Shown here: piece after piece, positions 1 to 10,414 of the stretch
Numbering within the stretch: the first letter of the stretch is position 1
Layout of the letters: every line of letters starts with the position of its first letter
Assembly: GCA_963732385.1 (NCBI GenBank)
Contig: CAVSZB010000005.1
Span: forward strand, 160,001-224,000
Direction: 5' to 3'
Length of the DNA stretch: 64,000 nucleotides
From: an uncultured bacterium
GTDB lineage: Bacteria; Krumholzibacteriota; Krumholzibacteriia; LZORAL124-64-63
Program-made: the position numbers and the translations under genes
The notes under the pieces: model-generated
Database searches by the model: none
Seen by the model: the letters and a program-made list of their open reading frames with translations, nothing else
Told to the model about the DNA's origin: nothing

Positions 1-455
1 GGCGTCCCCTCCAGCGGCTCGACTTTCCAGCCGCGCCGCTCCGCGTGACGCACGTACATGCGGGCGATCTCCTCGGCGAAGAGAGCGGCTTCATCGCCGC
101 CCGTGCCGGCGCGCACCTCAAGAATGACATCGCGGTCATCGATGGGGTCGTGCGGCAGCAGCGCCACTTCCAGTTCGGCCGTCGCCTCCGCGAGACCCCG
201 CTCCAGGTCGGGCAGTTCCTCCCGGACAAGCTGGATCAACTCGGGGTCACGTTCGGTCTGCAGCACCTGACGGTCTTCCTGCACCCGGTCGGTCAGCGCC
301 AGCCAGCGCTCCCCGATGGCGAGAATCCCCTTGAGACGGGCGTGCTCGCGGGTCAGCACGCGGTACTGGGTCTGATCCTTGAGCACCTCAGGATCGCCCA
401 GCCGCCCTTCGAGTTCGCGCGACTGCGTCTGCATATTCTCAATGATGTCCCTCAC
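1..455 (-). CDS. prfA: Peptide chain release factor 1 (5' part; runs off the window start)
   Basis: Manual translation from GTG at 455 (GTGA overlap with the DUF1385 stop) gives MRDIIENMQ...DVILEVRAGTGGDEAALFAEEIARMY, the RF1 signature. Sits in the conserved rho-rpmE-DUF1385-prfA order. Not in the ORF track because it is truncated. Confidence 0.93.
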   Translation of the reverse strand, partial: MRDIIENMQTQSRELEGRLGDPEVLKDQTQYRVLTREHARLKGILAIGERWLALTDRVQEDRQVLQTERDPELIQLVREELPDLERGLAEATAELEVALLPHDPIDDRDVILEVRAGTGGDEAALFAEEIARMYVRHAERRGWKVEPLEGT

Positions 456-1462
456 GGCGCCCCCTCCCGTCCGGGACTCGCGGGGGGCGCGGAGGCCTCG
501 CCGGGCTCCTCCCAGGTCGTCTCCCGGAAATCGGCCTCCTCGGGCGCGAGCACCGCGCGCAGGGCCGCCATCGCCACCTCGAGCTGGGCGTCATCCGGCT
601 CATTGGTGGTGATGCGCTGCAGCATGAGGCCGGGCCAGACGAGCGGCTTCAGCGCCGGCGCGTCCCGGAAGCGGCCCGAAAACTTGATCGCTTCGTAGGC
701 CAGCCCGCCGATCAGCGGCACGAAAGCCAGCCGCAGCAGTCGGGCCCCCACGGTATCGGGCCGGCCGAGGAAGACGAAGACCACCACCGAGATCATCATG
801 ACGAAGAAGAGGAAGCTCGTGCCGCAGCGGGGATGGAGGGTCGGGAACGGCCGCGCGCCCGCCGGCGTGAGCTCCCGCCCGTTCTCGAAGGCGTGGATCG
901 TCTTATGTTCGGCGCCGTGATACTGGAACACCCGCGCCATGTCGGGCAGCCGGGAGATGCCCCAGAGGTAGGCCACGAATATGACGATGCGGAACAGCCC
1001 GTCCACGAGATTGAACCAGAGCGAGTGCTCGATGCCGAGCAGCCCCGTCAGCACCAGAGGCAGGTAGAAGAAGAGCCCCAGCCCGAGCACGAATGACAGG
1101 ACCAGCGTGCCCCCCATCAGCAGGGTCTCGCCCGTCTTGCGCGGCCGCGCCTGCGCGACCGGCCCGTCGTCTGCCGCCTGATCCGCGGCGAAGGTGAGCG
1201 CGCCCAGCCCGATCGCCAGCGACTCCACCAGGTGCACCCCCCCGCGCAGCACCGGCACGCCCAGCGCCGGCATGCGCCGCACGATGCTGCGGAACGGCCG
1301 CTTGCGCACTACGATCCGCCCGGCCGCGTTGCGCACAGCCGTCGCCACGGCGGTGGGCGAGCGCATCATGACCCCCTCGATCACCGCCTGCCCGCCGATC
1401 GCAAGATCCAGCTGGCGGGGGTCGCACGGGGCAGGGGAGGCGGGGGCTGATTTCAGCTGCAT
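452..1462 (-). CDS. DUF1385 family membrane protein
   Basis: Motifs IGGQAVIEGVMMR, FQYHGAEHK, HPRCGTSF and LQRITTNEP. Start placed at ATG 1462; the ORF track extends to 1516. Confidence 0.88.
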   Translation of the reverse strand: MQLKSAPASPAPCDPRQLDLAIGGQAVIEGVMMRSPTAVATAVRNAAGRIVVRKRPFRSIVRRMPALGVPVLRGGVHLVESLAIGLGALTFAADQAADDGPVAQARPRKTGETLLMGGTLVLSFVLGLGLFFYLPLVLTGLLGIEHSLWFNLVDGLFRIVIFVAYLWGISRLPDMARVFQYHGAEHKTIHAFENGRELTPAGARPFPTLHPRCGTSFLFFVMMISVVVFVFLGRPDTVGARLLRLAFVPLIGGLAYEAIKFSGRFRDAPALKPLVWPGLMLQRITTNEPDDAQLEVAMAALRAVLAPEEADFRETTWEEPGEASAPPASPGREGAP

Positions 1463-1651
1463 CGGATCGCTCTCGAGAGGTCGCCCGTCGGATCGGACTC
1501 CCGGCGCGCCGCACACGCAGCCGCCGCGGGGAACGGCCCGGCGAGGAGGGGAAAAACAGAGAGGGTGCCGACAGGCCTCAGCCCGGCACCCTCGCGAACG
1601 GTCACGGCGCCCACGGTCGCGCGGACCGGGTCCGCGCCGCGGGGCCTCGGG

Positions 1652-1870
1652 TCATGCCTTCTTGCCGTAATCGGCCCCCGCGTAGCGCCTGCGGAAGCGC
1701 TCCACGCGGCCCGCCGTATCGACGATCTTCTGCTGGCCCGTGAAAAACGGGTGGCAGCTCGAGCAGATCTCGACGTTGATTTTCGGCAATGACGAACGCG
1801 TGTGGATCACGTTGCCGCAGAGGCACGTGATTTCACAGGCGACATACTTGGGATGAACGTCCTTCTTCAT
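1652..1870 (-). CDS. rpmE: 50S ribosomal protein L31 (zinc-binding type)
   Basis: MKKDVHPKY...CLCG...[24 protein letters not shown]. Confidence 0.97.
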   Translation of the reverse strand: MKKDVHPKYVACEITCLCGNVIHTRSSLPKINVEICSSCHPFFTGQQKIVDTAGRVERFRRRYAGADYGKKA

Positions 1871-1976
1871 TTCCAACAACTTTCGCTGTCCGTTCGCCTG
1901 CGTTGCGATCGCCCCAAAGAAAGCAGGGAATCGCCGCCGGGCAAGATCTATTTTCCTGATGCCCCCCGGATCGGGA

Positions 1977-3224
1977 TCAGGTGTTCATCGCACCAAGGAA
2001 CTGGGCGTTGTTCTTCGTCTTGCCCAGCTTGTCCAGCAGGAACTCCATCGCCTCGACCGGGCTGTAGTCGTTCAGGTACTTGCGCAGCACCCAGATCTTG
2101 TTGATGTCCTTCTTGTCTAGCAGCAGCTCTTCCTTGCGCGTGCCCGACTTGAAGATGTCCGTGGCGGGGTAGATGCGCCGGTCGGCGATCTTCCGGTCGA
2201 GCACGAGCTCCATGTTGCCGGTCCCCTTGAACTCCTCGAAGATCACCTCGTCCATGCGGCTGCCGGTCTCGATCAGGGCCGTGGCGATGATCGTCAGCGA
2301 CCCGCCCTCCTCGATGTTGCGCGCCGCGCCGAAGAACCGCTTCGGCTTCTGCAGTGCGTTCGAGTCGACGCCGCCGGAGAGGATCTTGCCGGAGTGCGGC
2401 ACCACGGTGTTGTGGGCGCGCGCGAGACGGGTGATCGAGTCGAGCAGGATGACCACATCCTTCCCGCACTCGACCAGCCGGCGAGCCTTGGCCAGCACCA
2501 TGCTCGCGACCTGCACGTGCCGCTCCGCCGGCTCGTCGAACGTAGAGCTGATGACCTCACCCTTGACCGAACGCGCCATGTCCGTGACCTCCTCGGGCCG
2601 CTCGTCGATGAGCAGCACGATGAGGTGCACCTCGGGGTGATTCTGCGTGATAGAGTTCGCGATTTTCTGCAGGATCACCGTCTTGCCGGCCCGGGGAGGC
2701 GACACGATCAGGCCGCGCTGCCCCTTCCCGATCGGAGCCATCAGATTGATGATGCGCGAGGTGATTTCTTCGCCGTTCGTTTCAAGATTGATCATCTCGT
2801 TGGGATACAGCGGCGTAAGGTTGTCGAACAGGGTGACCTTCTTGGCCGTCTCCGGATCCTGGTAATTGACCGTCTCCACCTTCAGAAGCGCGAAGTAGCG
2901 CTCGTTATCCTTCGGCGGCCGCACCTGGCCGGCCACGGTGTCACCTGTCTTGAGGTCGAACTTCTTGATCTGTGATGGGGAGAGGTAGATGTCGTCCGGG
3001 CCTGGCAGATAATTGTACTTCGCCGACCTGAGAAAACCGTAACCCTCAGCCAGGACCTGCAGGACACCCTCGGCGTAGATTAGTCCGTTCTTCTCGGTCT
3101 GACCTTCGAGGATCTTGAAGATCAGCTCGGACTTCCGCATGGTGCTGACGCCCTCGATGTTCATCCCGCGGGCGACCTCCACCAGCTCGTGGATGTTCTT
3201 CTCCTGCAACTCCTTGATGTCCAT
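1977..3224 (-). CDS. rho: Transcription termination factor Rho
   Basis: [46 protein letters not shown]. Confidence 0.99.
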   Translation of the reverse strand: MDIKELQEKNIHELVEVARGMNIEGVSTMRKSELIFKILEGQTEKNGLIYAEGVLQVLAEGYGFLRSAKYNYLPGPDDIYLSPSQIKKFDLKTGDTVAGQVRPPKDNERYFALLKVETVNYQDPETAKKVTLFDNLTPLYPNEMINLETNGEEITSRIINLMAPIGKGQRGLIVSPPRAGKTVILQKIANSITQNHPEVHLIVLLIDERPEEVTDMARSVKGEVISSTFDEPAERHVQVASMVLAKARRLVECGKDVVILLDSITRLARAHNTVVPHSGKILSGGVDSNALQKPKRFFGAARNIEEGGSLTIIATALIETGSRMDEVIFEEFKGTGNMELVLDRKIADRRIYPATDIFKSGTRKEELLLDKKDINKIWVLRKYLNDYSPVEAMEFLLDKLGKTKNNAQFLGAMNT

Positions 3225-3419
3225 GATACTCCCTCGCCGCGAGGCGCGGAAAATGGTGGCCGGGATGGGATAGCTTGTTATCGGGAAGAGGGCGCGTCGT
3301 GAGCGCCCTCTGATTCGACCAGGTTCTCGCCGCTCTCCTGGGAGCGTTTTCCCTTGGACATTCGCCGTTCGTTTAAAGCAATTGTCGTGCCGCGTTTCCG
3401 ACGCGGGTCAGGGACGAGG

Positions 3420-4628
3420 CTACTGACCTCCGCTGCCTGAGACCTGCAATTCATTGAACTTCAGCATATTGGCTTCTGACGCCTTGTTGTCGCCAGTTTC
3501 GAACTGACACCGGGCCAGGATGAGGTAGCAATTGACGCAGTCAAAGAAGGCGTCCACGGCCGCATTCCCCACGTTCACGCCCTCGTCGAACTGGGCCCTG
3601 GCCTGACTCTCCAGTTCCGCCTGCGCCGACGGATCAGCGGCTTCAGCCGCCTGCTGCTTGAGGGAGATACCGTAGCTGTAGTGCGTCAGAAGGCGCCCCG
3701 TCATCGTCTCCTGCTCCGGCAGGAGTTGCAGCTGCAGGGCGCGCTTGTAAAGGTCGAGGGCCTCGGGATAACGATGGATGTCCTTCTGCGCCAGCCAGCC
3801 GGCCGACTGCACCATCAGGTCCTTGATTTCCGTGTCATTCTCGGGATTGCCGTCGTTTTCGAGCACATCGATCAGCCGGATCGACAGGTCCGCGGCCCGC
3901 TCGAGTTTGCCGTCCTGCACGGCGAGGTTCGCCATGTCGATCAGGAGAGTCACGTCGCTGCCATGCTCCCGCAGCAGGTCGTCAAAGATCCGGGTCGCTT
4001 CGTCGCTGCGCCCCAGCTTGGCCAGCACGTTCGCCTTGTCTGCGAGCAGATCATAGGCGCCGGGACGCTGCTTGAGCACATCATCGAGCAGCGCGAGCGC
4101 TGTCTCCAGGATGGCGGGGTCGTTGTTGTTCTCGTTCGCCTGCTTGATTTTCATGACCGCGATATTCTTGATGGGCGCAATGGAGTCGGGCAGCGAGGCG
4201 TAGGCCAGATGGAAGAAACCCTCCGCAGCTTCGTAGAAGCGCCCCGCATATTCGGTCTTCGCATCATTGTTGCGCAGCGTGTAGTTGTGCAGCAGCGCCA
4301 GCTCGACGTTCTCCTTGAACTGCTCGGGCCGAAGGGTGCGGGCCTTGCTGTAGTATCCGTACGCCATCTCGTAGTTCTGCCGGGCAACCGTGAACTTGTT
4401 CTCCGAAATGGCCACTTCCGCCAGCTTGCTGTGCGCTTCGCCCAGGTAGTAGAACGCGTCCGCTTCCTCGGGATTGTACTCGAGGGCCTCGTGCAGGACC
4501 TTCACGGCCTTGTCGTACTTCTGCTCTTCCATGTAGAGGATTGCGCTGGTGGTCTGCGCCGAACGGCACCCGGCCAGAGCCATCAACAGCAGCAACGTTG
4601 ACAGACACAGCGAACGCATCCGAGTCAT
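3420..4628 (-). CDS. TPR-repeat lipoprotein
   Basis: Signal peptide with lipobox LAGC and helical TPR-like repeats (AFYYLGEAH). GGGGGA precedes ATG 4628. Confidence 0.75.
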   Translation of the reverse strand: MTRMRSLCLSTLLLLMALAGCRSAQTTSAILYMEEQKYDKAVKVLHEALEYNPEEADAFYYLGEAHSKLAEVAISENKFTVARQNYEMAYGYYSKARTLRPEQFKENVELALLHNYTLRNNDAKTEYAGRFYEAAEGFFHLAYASLPDSIAPIKNIAVMKIKQANENNNDPAILETALALLDDVLKQRPGAYDLLADKANVLAKLGRSDEATRIFDDLLREHGSDVTLLIDMANLAVQDGKLERAADLSIRLIDVLENDGNPENDTEIKDLMVQSAGWLAQKDIHRYPEALDLYKRALQLQLLPEQETMTGRLLTHYSYGISLKQQAAEAADPSAQAELESQARAQFDEGVNVGNAAVDAFFDCVNCYLILARCQFETGDNKASEANMLKFNELQVSGSGGQ

Positions 4629-4774
4629 GCGGATTCCCCCTAGCACTGGATGAACGGCATGGCAGACATCGCCTGGGTTACCCTGCTATCGGTGGGGTCT
4701 TGACCAGCACTCCGGAAGATCTCGCCGGGCGGGCAGCGGTGCCTTTGCGCCCGTCAAACAGGAGCGCTTGTGTT

Positions 4775-4806
4775 AATAGATAGTGTCCCATCCATTGCGC
4801 TGTCAA
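4775..4806 (-). promoter_or_regulatory. Putative sigma70 promoter upstream of the TPR-rho-rpmE genes
   Basis: Perfect TTGACA (4806-4801) followed by AT-rich CACTATCTATTAA in a GC-rich background. The -10 register is ambiguous. Confidence 0.5.
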
Positions 4807-4843
4807 GCGAAACCGGCCACGGCCGCCGGGGCCGTGGCGTCAC

Positions 4844-5383
4844 TCACCGGGAATTACGCCCCCGTCGCGCCGCACCGCGGCCCGTACCATCACGCGGATG
4901 CCCGCCCTCCCACGGCAGGGCCTCCAGGTAGGCTCCCCGCTGCGCCGGGGTGAGGACCGCGATCTCGCGCAGCATAACCGCCGCCACCAACGAATCGACC
5001 CGGGCCTGGGCCGCCCCCAGTTCCTTCAATCGCGTGCGCACCGCCACGGTATCGGTCGGATCTGCCCGATAGGCCGCCAGCAGCGCCTTTCGCGCGCGGT
5101 GCACCGCCTCGCGATGCCCCGCCATCGGCTCCAGGCCGGCGCGCCGGATCATCGCGAGATGCTCGTGCTGGGCCGGGTCGAGACCGAGATTTCCGGCCAG
5201 GCGATCCAGCCGACGTTCGGCAAGACGATCCCAGCGTGGACGGCCAGGCAGGGCGCCGCCCGGTTCACCGGACGCGGTGGCGAATCGCGGCCGCGGCGAC
5301 GGTCCGCCCAGCAACGGGCGGAAGAGCAGCCCGACGTTGAGGCCAAGCGAGAGAATCAGCAGCAACAGCCAGCCCCGTTTCAT
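4844..5383 (-). CDS. Periplasmic heavy-metal sensor / Spy-CpxP family protein
   Basis: N-terminal TM segment SLGLNVGLL, LGLDPAQ, and C-terminal VLTPAQR (LTxxQ motif). Confidence 0.8.
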   Translation of the reverse strand: MKRGWLLLLILSLGLNVGLLFRPLLGGPSPRPRFATASGEPGGALPGRPRWDRLAERRLDRLAGNLGLDPAQHEHLAMIRRAGLEPMAGHREAVHRARKALLAAYRADPTDTVAVRTRLKELGAAQARVDSLVAAVMLREIAVLTPAQRGAYLEALPWEGGHPRDGTGRGAARRGRNSR

Positions 5384-5868
5384 GGCGCGCCTCCCGCCGC
5401 ATCTGGCGCTTCGTCCGCGTCAGCGATCGTGTCAAGGTAGATGCCATCGAGCGTCGTCGCGGCGCCTGCCACGACCAGCGTCTGCGCGCCGGCCCACTCC
5501 GATACGCCATCGTCGCTCTCGGCCGACGCCAGGGTGCCGGCACGGCCCGGTTCTCCTACGAGCAGCCCCACCAGAAGGCCGGCCGTAGCCGCGGCCAGAC
5601 CTGCCGCCCAAGGCAAGGACGCGCGGCGCGGTCCCGCGAAACTCGCTCGCAGGCCGGGCCAGGCCGGACGCGGCGCCATTGGCGGCTGCGCGGCCGCGAT
5701 GGCGTCCCAGAGCATCTCCAGCTCCTGCGCCGCGCGCGTGCAGTCGGGACAGGCGGCAAGATGTGCGCGCACGGCCTCGGCCGCGTCGACAGGCAGCTCG
5801 CCATCGCGCCAGGCCTGCAGTCGCGCGAGGACATGAAGTTCGTGCCGGTTGTCATCCATCCCGCTCAC
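5380..5868 (-). CDS. Anti-sigma factor with zf-HC2 zinc finger
   Basis: DGEL...HLAACPDC (HxxxCxxC), one TM helix, overlaps the sigma gene stop. Confidence 0.85.
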   Translation of the reverse strand: MSGMDDNRHELHVLARLQAWRDGELPVDAAEAVRAHLAACPDCTRAAQELEMLWDAIAAAQPPMAPRPAWPGLRASFAGPRRASLPWAAGLAAATAGLLVGLLVGEPGRAGTLASAESDDGVSEWAGAQTLVVAGAATTLDGIYLDTIADADEAPDAAGGAP

Positions 5869-6494
5869 TCCTCCCGTGCGAGATCCCGCCGCAGGGCGGC
5901 AATGGCCCGCGTCAGCAGCGATTCCACGGCGGATTCGGTCGTGCCGAGCACGACCGCGATCTCGCGATAGCTCAGTCCTTCATCCTGCCGAAGCGCCACC
6001 GCGGCCCGTTGTCGTTCCGGCAGGCGCGCCAACGCGATCCGCACCTGCCGTAACCGCTCCCGCCGCTCGATCGTCTCCTGCACCGACTCGCCCCCGGAAG
6101 CCCGGTCGTGCCTGGTCATGTCGAACCGGACCCAGTTCAGCACCCTTCGGCGCCGCAGGGCGCTGCGGGCCAGGTTGCCGGCGATCCGGAAGAGCCAGCT
6201 GCGAAACAGGCCGGCACCCTGGTAACGCGCAACCTGGGAGTGCACGCGTAGAAAGGTCTCCTGACGCAGGTCGAGAGCCTCCTCCGCCGAGCCGGTCATC
6301 CGGTAGAGAAACCCGAAGACAGGCCGTTCCCAGCGCTCGACCAGTTCCCGGAAAGCGCTCTCCTGCCCGGCCGCGGCCCGCGCCATGAGGGCATCGTCCG
6401 GATCCGCGGGCTCCAGCGTCCGGAGAGCAGGCCGGAGACCGCGAGCGTTCGGCTCGCGGTCTCCGGACGGACCTGCGCTCGGGGCCGCTGGCAT
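5865..6494 (-). CDS. ECF RNA polymerase sigma factor
   Basis: DLRQETFLRV, FRSWLFRIAGN, LPERQR...GLSYREIAVVLGTTESAVESLL. Confidence 0.93.
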   Translation of the reverse strand: MPAAPSAGPSGDREPNARGLRPALRTLEPADPDDALMARAAAGQESAFRELVERWERPVFGFLYRMTGSAEEALDLRQETFLRVHSQVARYQGAGLFRSWLFRIAGNLARSALRRRRVLNWVRFDMTRHDRASGGESVQETIERRERLRQVRIALARLPERQRAAVALRQDEGLSYREIAVVLGTTESAVESLLTRAIAALRRDLAREE

Positions 6495-6497
6495 GAC

Positions 6498-7109
6498 TCA
6501 GATACCCAGGTGACAGTCGGCGAACGGCTCGTCGCCCGGACCCTCCGCGCAACCGGGAAAGTTACCGCGGCCCGAGCCATGACCGACGCCGCCGAAATGT
6601 CGCCCCGCGCGACCCGGCCGACCACCGTGTCGGGCGCGTGGGCCGGAACCGTCATTCCGCTGTCCGCGCAACGCACCGAGCGTCATCAGGCGATCGCGCT
6701 GCTCCGGCGTCAGCAGGCCGCGCATGGCCAGGCGCTGGCGCAGGTGGTGCGCCTGAAGTTTCCCCCGCGCCTCGCCGATCCGGGCGGCGTACTGCTCCAC
6801 AACCTTGCCCTCGGGCGCATCCTTGAGCATCTCGCCGCGCAATTCGTGACGCAGCCGCAGCAGATCCTTACGCAGGGCCAGCCCCTCGGCGCGACCTGCC
6901 TCGCGCAGCTTGCCCAACTGTTCACGCTGTTCCGAAGTGAGATCGAGCCGTTCACAGAGTCTGCCCATCCGCTCGCCGCGGCCAAAACCATCGCCGCGAC
7001 CGGCGCCAGGGCCGTGACCGGGCTGGGCCGCGGCCGCGGCCGCCAGGCCGAGCACCAGACAGAGGGCGACCAGCGCCGCGCCCCGCATCGTTACCTGCTT
7101 GCCGTTCAT
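6498..7109 (-). CDS. Spy/CpxP family periplasmic protein
   Basis: Signal peptide, LDLTSEQ and LLTPEQR motifs, Gly-rich flanks. AAGGA precedes ATG 7109. Confidence 0.82.
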   Translation of the reverse strand: MNGKQVTMRGAALVALCLVLGLAAAAAAQPGHGPGAGRGDGFGRGERMGRLCERLDLTSEQREQLGKLREAGRAEGLALRKDLLRLRHELRGEMLKDAPEGKVVEQYAARIGEARGKLQAHHLRQRLAMRGLLTPEQRDRLMTLGALRGQRNDGSGPRARHGGRPGRAGRHFGGVGHGSGRGNFPGCAEGPGDEPFADCHLGI

Positions 7110-7259
7110 GCTGGGTCCTTTCCTTGGCATTGTCTTCGGATTGCCGCTCCGGCGCGTCGACCGCGAGCATCCTCACCAATCAGCCCAACGCCCGGAGGCG
7201 CGGTTTCCTGCGCACCATGTCGCCGCGGAATCCGGGGGAGTGGAACCGCGGCGCGGACT

Positions 7260-9257
7260 TCACCGCGGAGGCAGAGCCACCGGAGAAGGCCCGAGCAGCT
7301 CGAGGTTGCGGCGCAGATTTGGATCGGACGGCCGGCGCTGCAGGCCGCGGGTGAACACCTCGCGCGCTTCGTCCCGCAATCCGGTGCGCGCCAGCAACAC
7401 CCCCAGATCGACATAGCCCTGCGGATCGTCGGGCGCCGACGCCACGAACCGCCGCGCCGCCTCGAGCGCCTGCTCCGGACGCCCGGTCCGCCCCAGCACC
7501 ACGATCAGGGCGTGCTGCATCTCCCGATCTTCCGGCCGGTCGCGCAGGTACGACTCCAGACGGGGCAGCGCCGCTTCGCTCCGGCCGTCCTGCAGCAGCA
7601 GGGTGATCAGATCGCGGTCCAGCAGGCCGGGGGGCTGCGCGCGCAGAGCGCCATCGGCCAGTACGCTCTCGGCCTCGACCTGGCGCCCCGCCGCCAACAA
7701 CACCCGGGCCAGCCCCTGCCAGGCCAGCGACTGGGTGGGATCCACTTCCACCGCCTCGCGATAGAGTCGCTCCGCCCGCGCCAGGTCGGGCGCCGCGGTG
7801 GAATGGGCCCAGCGACGCGCCTCGTTCGCCAGTCCGGTCGCTCGCCAGGTGTCGCGCGCAGCGCCGAGGCCCCAGGGCCAGATGATTAGCGCCGCCGTCA
7901 ATCCGACCCCCGCGGCGGCCAGACGGGCGCGGCCACCACGCCGCGCCACCTCCGCCCCCCACCCCCCGGCGAACAGGCAAAGCGCCGGCACCAGCGCCAG
8001 GCGGTAGCGGGAGACGACGAAGAAAAGACTCTGCGCCGCCACGTACAGGACGATCGCCAGCGCCCATGGGCGCCACGCCCGCTCCCGTCCCAGCAACATG
8101 AGGCCGGCCAGCCCGCCGGCCGCGATCACGGCCCACGGCACCGGCAGCCCCCGCAGGAGTGGGGCGTCGCGCGTCCAGGCCGCCAGCGGCGTGACCTGAT
8201 CGATCTCCACGCCGGCGAAGTGCAGCCAGATTTTCTTCAGCCAGAGACCGAGCGAGCGGACCGGATGGTCCTTCGCCCACGCCAGGGCCTGCTCGCGCCA
8301 AAGCGCGTCGGCCTCCGCAGGGCCCGTGAGCCGCCGCCCCATGCGCCCCGACAGGAACGCCACGCCGGCCGGATCGTGCTCGAAGTCGAAACCGGAAAAG
8401 GTGCGGAAGAACCCGTTCGCGTCCTTGCCCTGTCCGATGTAGAAATTCTGCCCGCCGTTGAGCGTCGGCCCGACGAACCGGCCGGACAGAATACTGTTGC
8501 TGATGATGGCCGGGGTGATCACGGCCAGCAGGGTCCCCGCGAGCGCCAGCAGCGGCCGGCGGGAGACACGCCACCGCCCCCGCGCGGACACGGGCGGGAT
8601 CAGCGCCAGCGCCGCCGGCACAACCAGCACCACCGCCACTCCCCTCAGGAGCGTGGCCACGCCGATCAGCGCCCCCAGGAGCGCCGCCCGCCAGGCTCCG
8701 GGTGCGGCGCCGCCCGGCCGGGTCGCCGTGGCCGGCAGCGGCAGCAGACAGAGCGCGAGCGTCACCGTGAAGGTCAGGGGGATCTCCAGCAGCGGCGTGG
8801 TGACGAATACGGCGGCGGGACGATAAAGTGCGAACAGCAGCGGCGGCACGCAGGCCCAGCGCTCCGGCAGCAGACGGCGCGCCGCGAAAAACAGCGCCAG
8901 CACAACGCCGAGCCAGAGCACCGCCTGCAGGATGCGCACGCCGTGGGGCGGCGGTCCGATCCGCGCCCCATCCGTGTCGAGCTCACGCCCGCTGCCGGTC
9001 GCCGCCACGAGCCAAGGATAGAGTGGAGACATCACGGCCGGCTGGTCCGGCAGCAGCCGTCCCCCCTGGATGGCGGCCGCTTCACGCAGATAGTGGGCCT
9101 CGTCGAGCACCGGGATCCGGGTAAGAATGGAGCGATCGAGACTGCGCCACAGCCCCCCCCAGAAGAGCGCCAGCAGGATCAGCCCCAGGCCCCACGCCGC
9201 CAGCCGGCGACGGTCGCGCGTCACCCGCATGCCGTGCCTCCGTGCCGGCCACGCCAC
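7260..9257 (-). CDS. Multi-TM GT-C-like (family 39/83-like) glycosyltransferase with C-terminal TPR repeats
   Basis: LDEAHY loop after TM1, SPLYPW, FFVVSRYR, many TM helices and a TPR tail. Exact start uncertain (9257 or 9230). Confidence 0.72.
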   Translation of the reverse strand: MAWPARRHGMRVTRDRRRLAAWGLGLILLALFWGGLWRSLDRSILTRIPVLDEAHYLREAAAIQGGRLLPDQPAVMSPLYPWLVAATGSGRELDTDGARIGPPPHGVRILQAVLWLGVVLALFFAARRLLPERWACVPPLLFALYRPAAVFVTTPLLEIPLTFTVTLALCLLPLPATATRPGGAAPGAWRAALLGALIGVATLLRGVAVVLVVPAALALIPPVSARGRWRVSRRPLLALAGTLLAVITPAIISNSILSGRFVGPTLNGGQNFYIGQGKDANGFFRTFSGFDFEHDPAGVAFLSGRMGRRLTGPAEADALWREQALAWAKDHPVRSLGLWLKKIWLHFAGVEIDQVTPLAAWTRDAPLLRGLPVPWAVIAAGGLAGLMLLGRERAWRPWALAIVLYVAAQSLFFVVSRYRLALVPALCLFAGGWGAEVARRGGRARLAAAGVGLTAALIIWPWGLGAARDTWRATGLANEARRWAHSTAAPDLARAERLYREAVEVDPTQSLAWQGLARVLLAAGRQVEAESVLADGALRAQPPGLLDRDLITLLLQDGRSEAALPRLESYLRDRPEDREMQHALIVVLGRTGRPEQALEAARRFVASAPDDPQGYVDLGVLLARTGLRDEAREVFTRGLQRRPSDPNLRRNLELLGPSPVALPPR

Positions 9258-9261
9258 GAGC

Positions 9262-10311
9262 TCAAACGCTGAACCGGATGTTCAGGACATCGCCGTCGCG
9301 CACCTCGTACCCCTTCCCCTCGAGGCGAACCTGGTTGGCCCGCTTCGCCTCGGCCAGTCCGCCGGCCTTCAGCAGATCCTCGCAGGCGCAGACCTCGGCC
9401 CGGATGAACCCGCGCTCCAGATCCGAGTGGATGACCCCCGCCGCCTCCGGCGCCAGGGCGCCCTGCTGCACCGTCCACGCGCGGCACTCGTCCTCGCCGA
9501 CGGTGAAGAAACTGTGCACGCCGAGCGCGCGATACGCGGCGCGGATCGTGCGCGGCAGCGCCGGTTCGGCGATCCCCAGCTCCGCCAGATATTCACCCTG
9601 CTCCGCGGGCGGCAACTGCGCGATCTCCGCCTCGAGACGCGCGCAGAGGTCCACGACCTCCCCGCCGCGCGCCCGGGCCTGCGCGATGAGGGCGGGATCC
9701 ACCCCCGTTTCGGGCCCGTTCAGCACGACGATCAACGGCTTGAGCGTCAGGAACGCAAAGCCCGACACGGAACGCGCCTCATCCGCGGAGACCACCTCGA
9801 GCCGCAGCGGCTCCCCCTTCTCCAGTCGCGCGCGAAAACGCTCCAGAAGCGCCGCCTCAAGCGGACTGGTCGGCTTGTTCCCCCGGCGTCGGTCGGTGGC
9901 GATCCGCTCCAGCCGATTCTCCACGACCTGCAGATCGGCCAGCGCCAGCTCGGTGGCCAGGTCGTCCAGCTCCGTCAGCGGCGCGTACGGCCCGAGACCC
10001 TCGTCGAAACAGCGAGCCACCTGCACGAGGGCGTCCATGCGCCGCCCGTGCTCCAGGAAGCGCACCCCTTCGCGTGCCCCGGCCGCCCCCTCGCCGGCGA
10101 GTCCCGGCACATCGACCCATTCCACCGCGGCCGGGACGGTGCGGCGCGGCCGGAACATGGCCGACAGCAGGTCGAGACGGGGGTCGGGCACCGGCGCCAT
10201 CGCCCGCAACGGCTCCACGCCCCCCTGGCCGACCGGCGCCGCGGCTCCGGTGATGGCGTTGTAGAGCGTGGTCTTGCCCGAATAGCGGAACCCGACGATG
10301 CCGATCTGCAC
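9262..10311 (-). CDS. ychF: Obg-family ATPase YchF
   Basis: MQIGIVG..SGKTT, DVPGL, FFTVGEDECRAW, AAGVIHSDLERGFIRAEV, EGKGYEVRDGD. GTG 10311 follows GGAGG. Confidence 0.92.
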   Translation of the reverse strand: MQIGIVGFRYSGKTTLYNAITGAAAPVGQGGVEPLRAMAPVPDPRLDLLSAMFRPRRTVPAAVEWVDVPGLAGEGAAGAREGVRFLEHGRRMDALVQVARCFDEGLGPYAPLTELDDLATELALADLQVVENRLERIATDRRRGNKPTSPLEAALLERFRARLEKGEPLRLEVVSADEARSVSGFAFLTLKPLIVVLNGPETGVDPALIAQARARGGEVVDLCARLEAEIAQLPPAEQGEYLAELGIAEPALPRTIRAAYRALGVHSFFTVGEDECRAWTVQQGALAPEAAGVIHSDLERGFIRAEVCACEDLLKAGGLAEAKRANQVRLEGKGYEVRDGDVLNIRFSV

Positions 10312-10414
10312 GCGAACCTCCCGGCGGAAACGGGGGAAGCGACGCCGCCCCGTGCGCCGCGCGTCAATATAATGCATGCCCCGGCCGCCGTCCGGAACAA
10401 AGCCGCGCCGTGGC

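Noticed and set aside
4660..4775. Possible c-di-GMP-I (GEMM) riboswitch in the TPR gene leader (GGCGCAAAG and GATAGCAGGGTAACC resemble parts of the consensus)
   Set aside because: The GGCAAAC..GAAA P2 hairpin is missing and the spacing does not fit. It would need an Rfam RF01051 hit to be supported.
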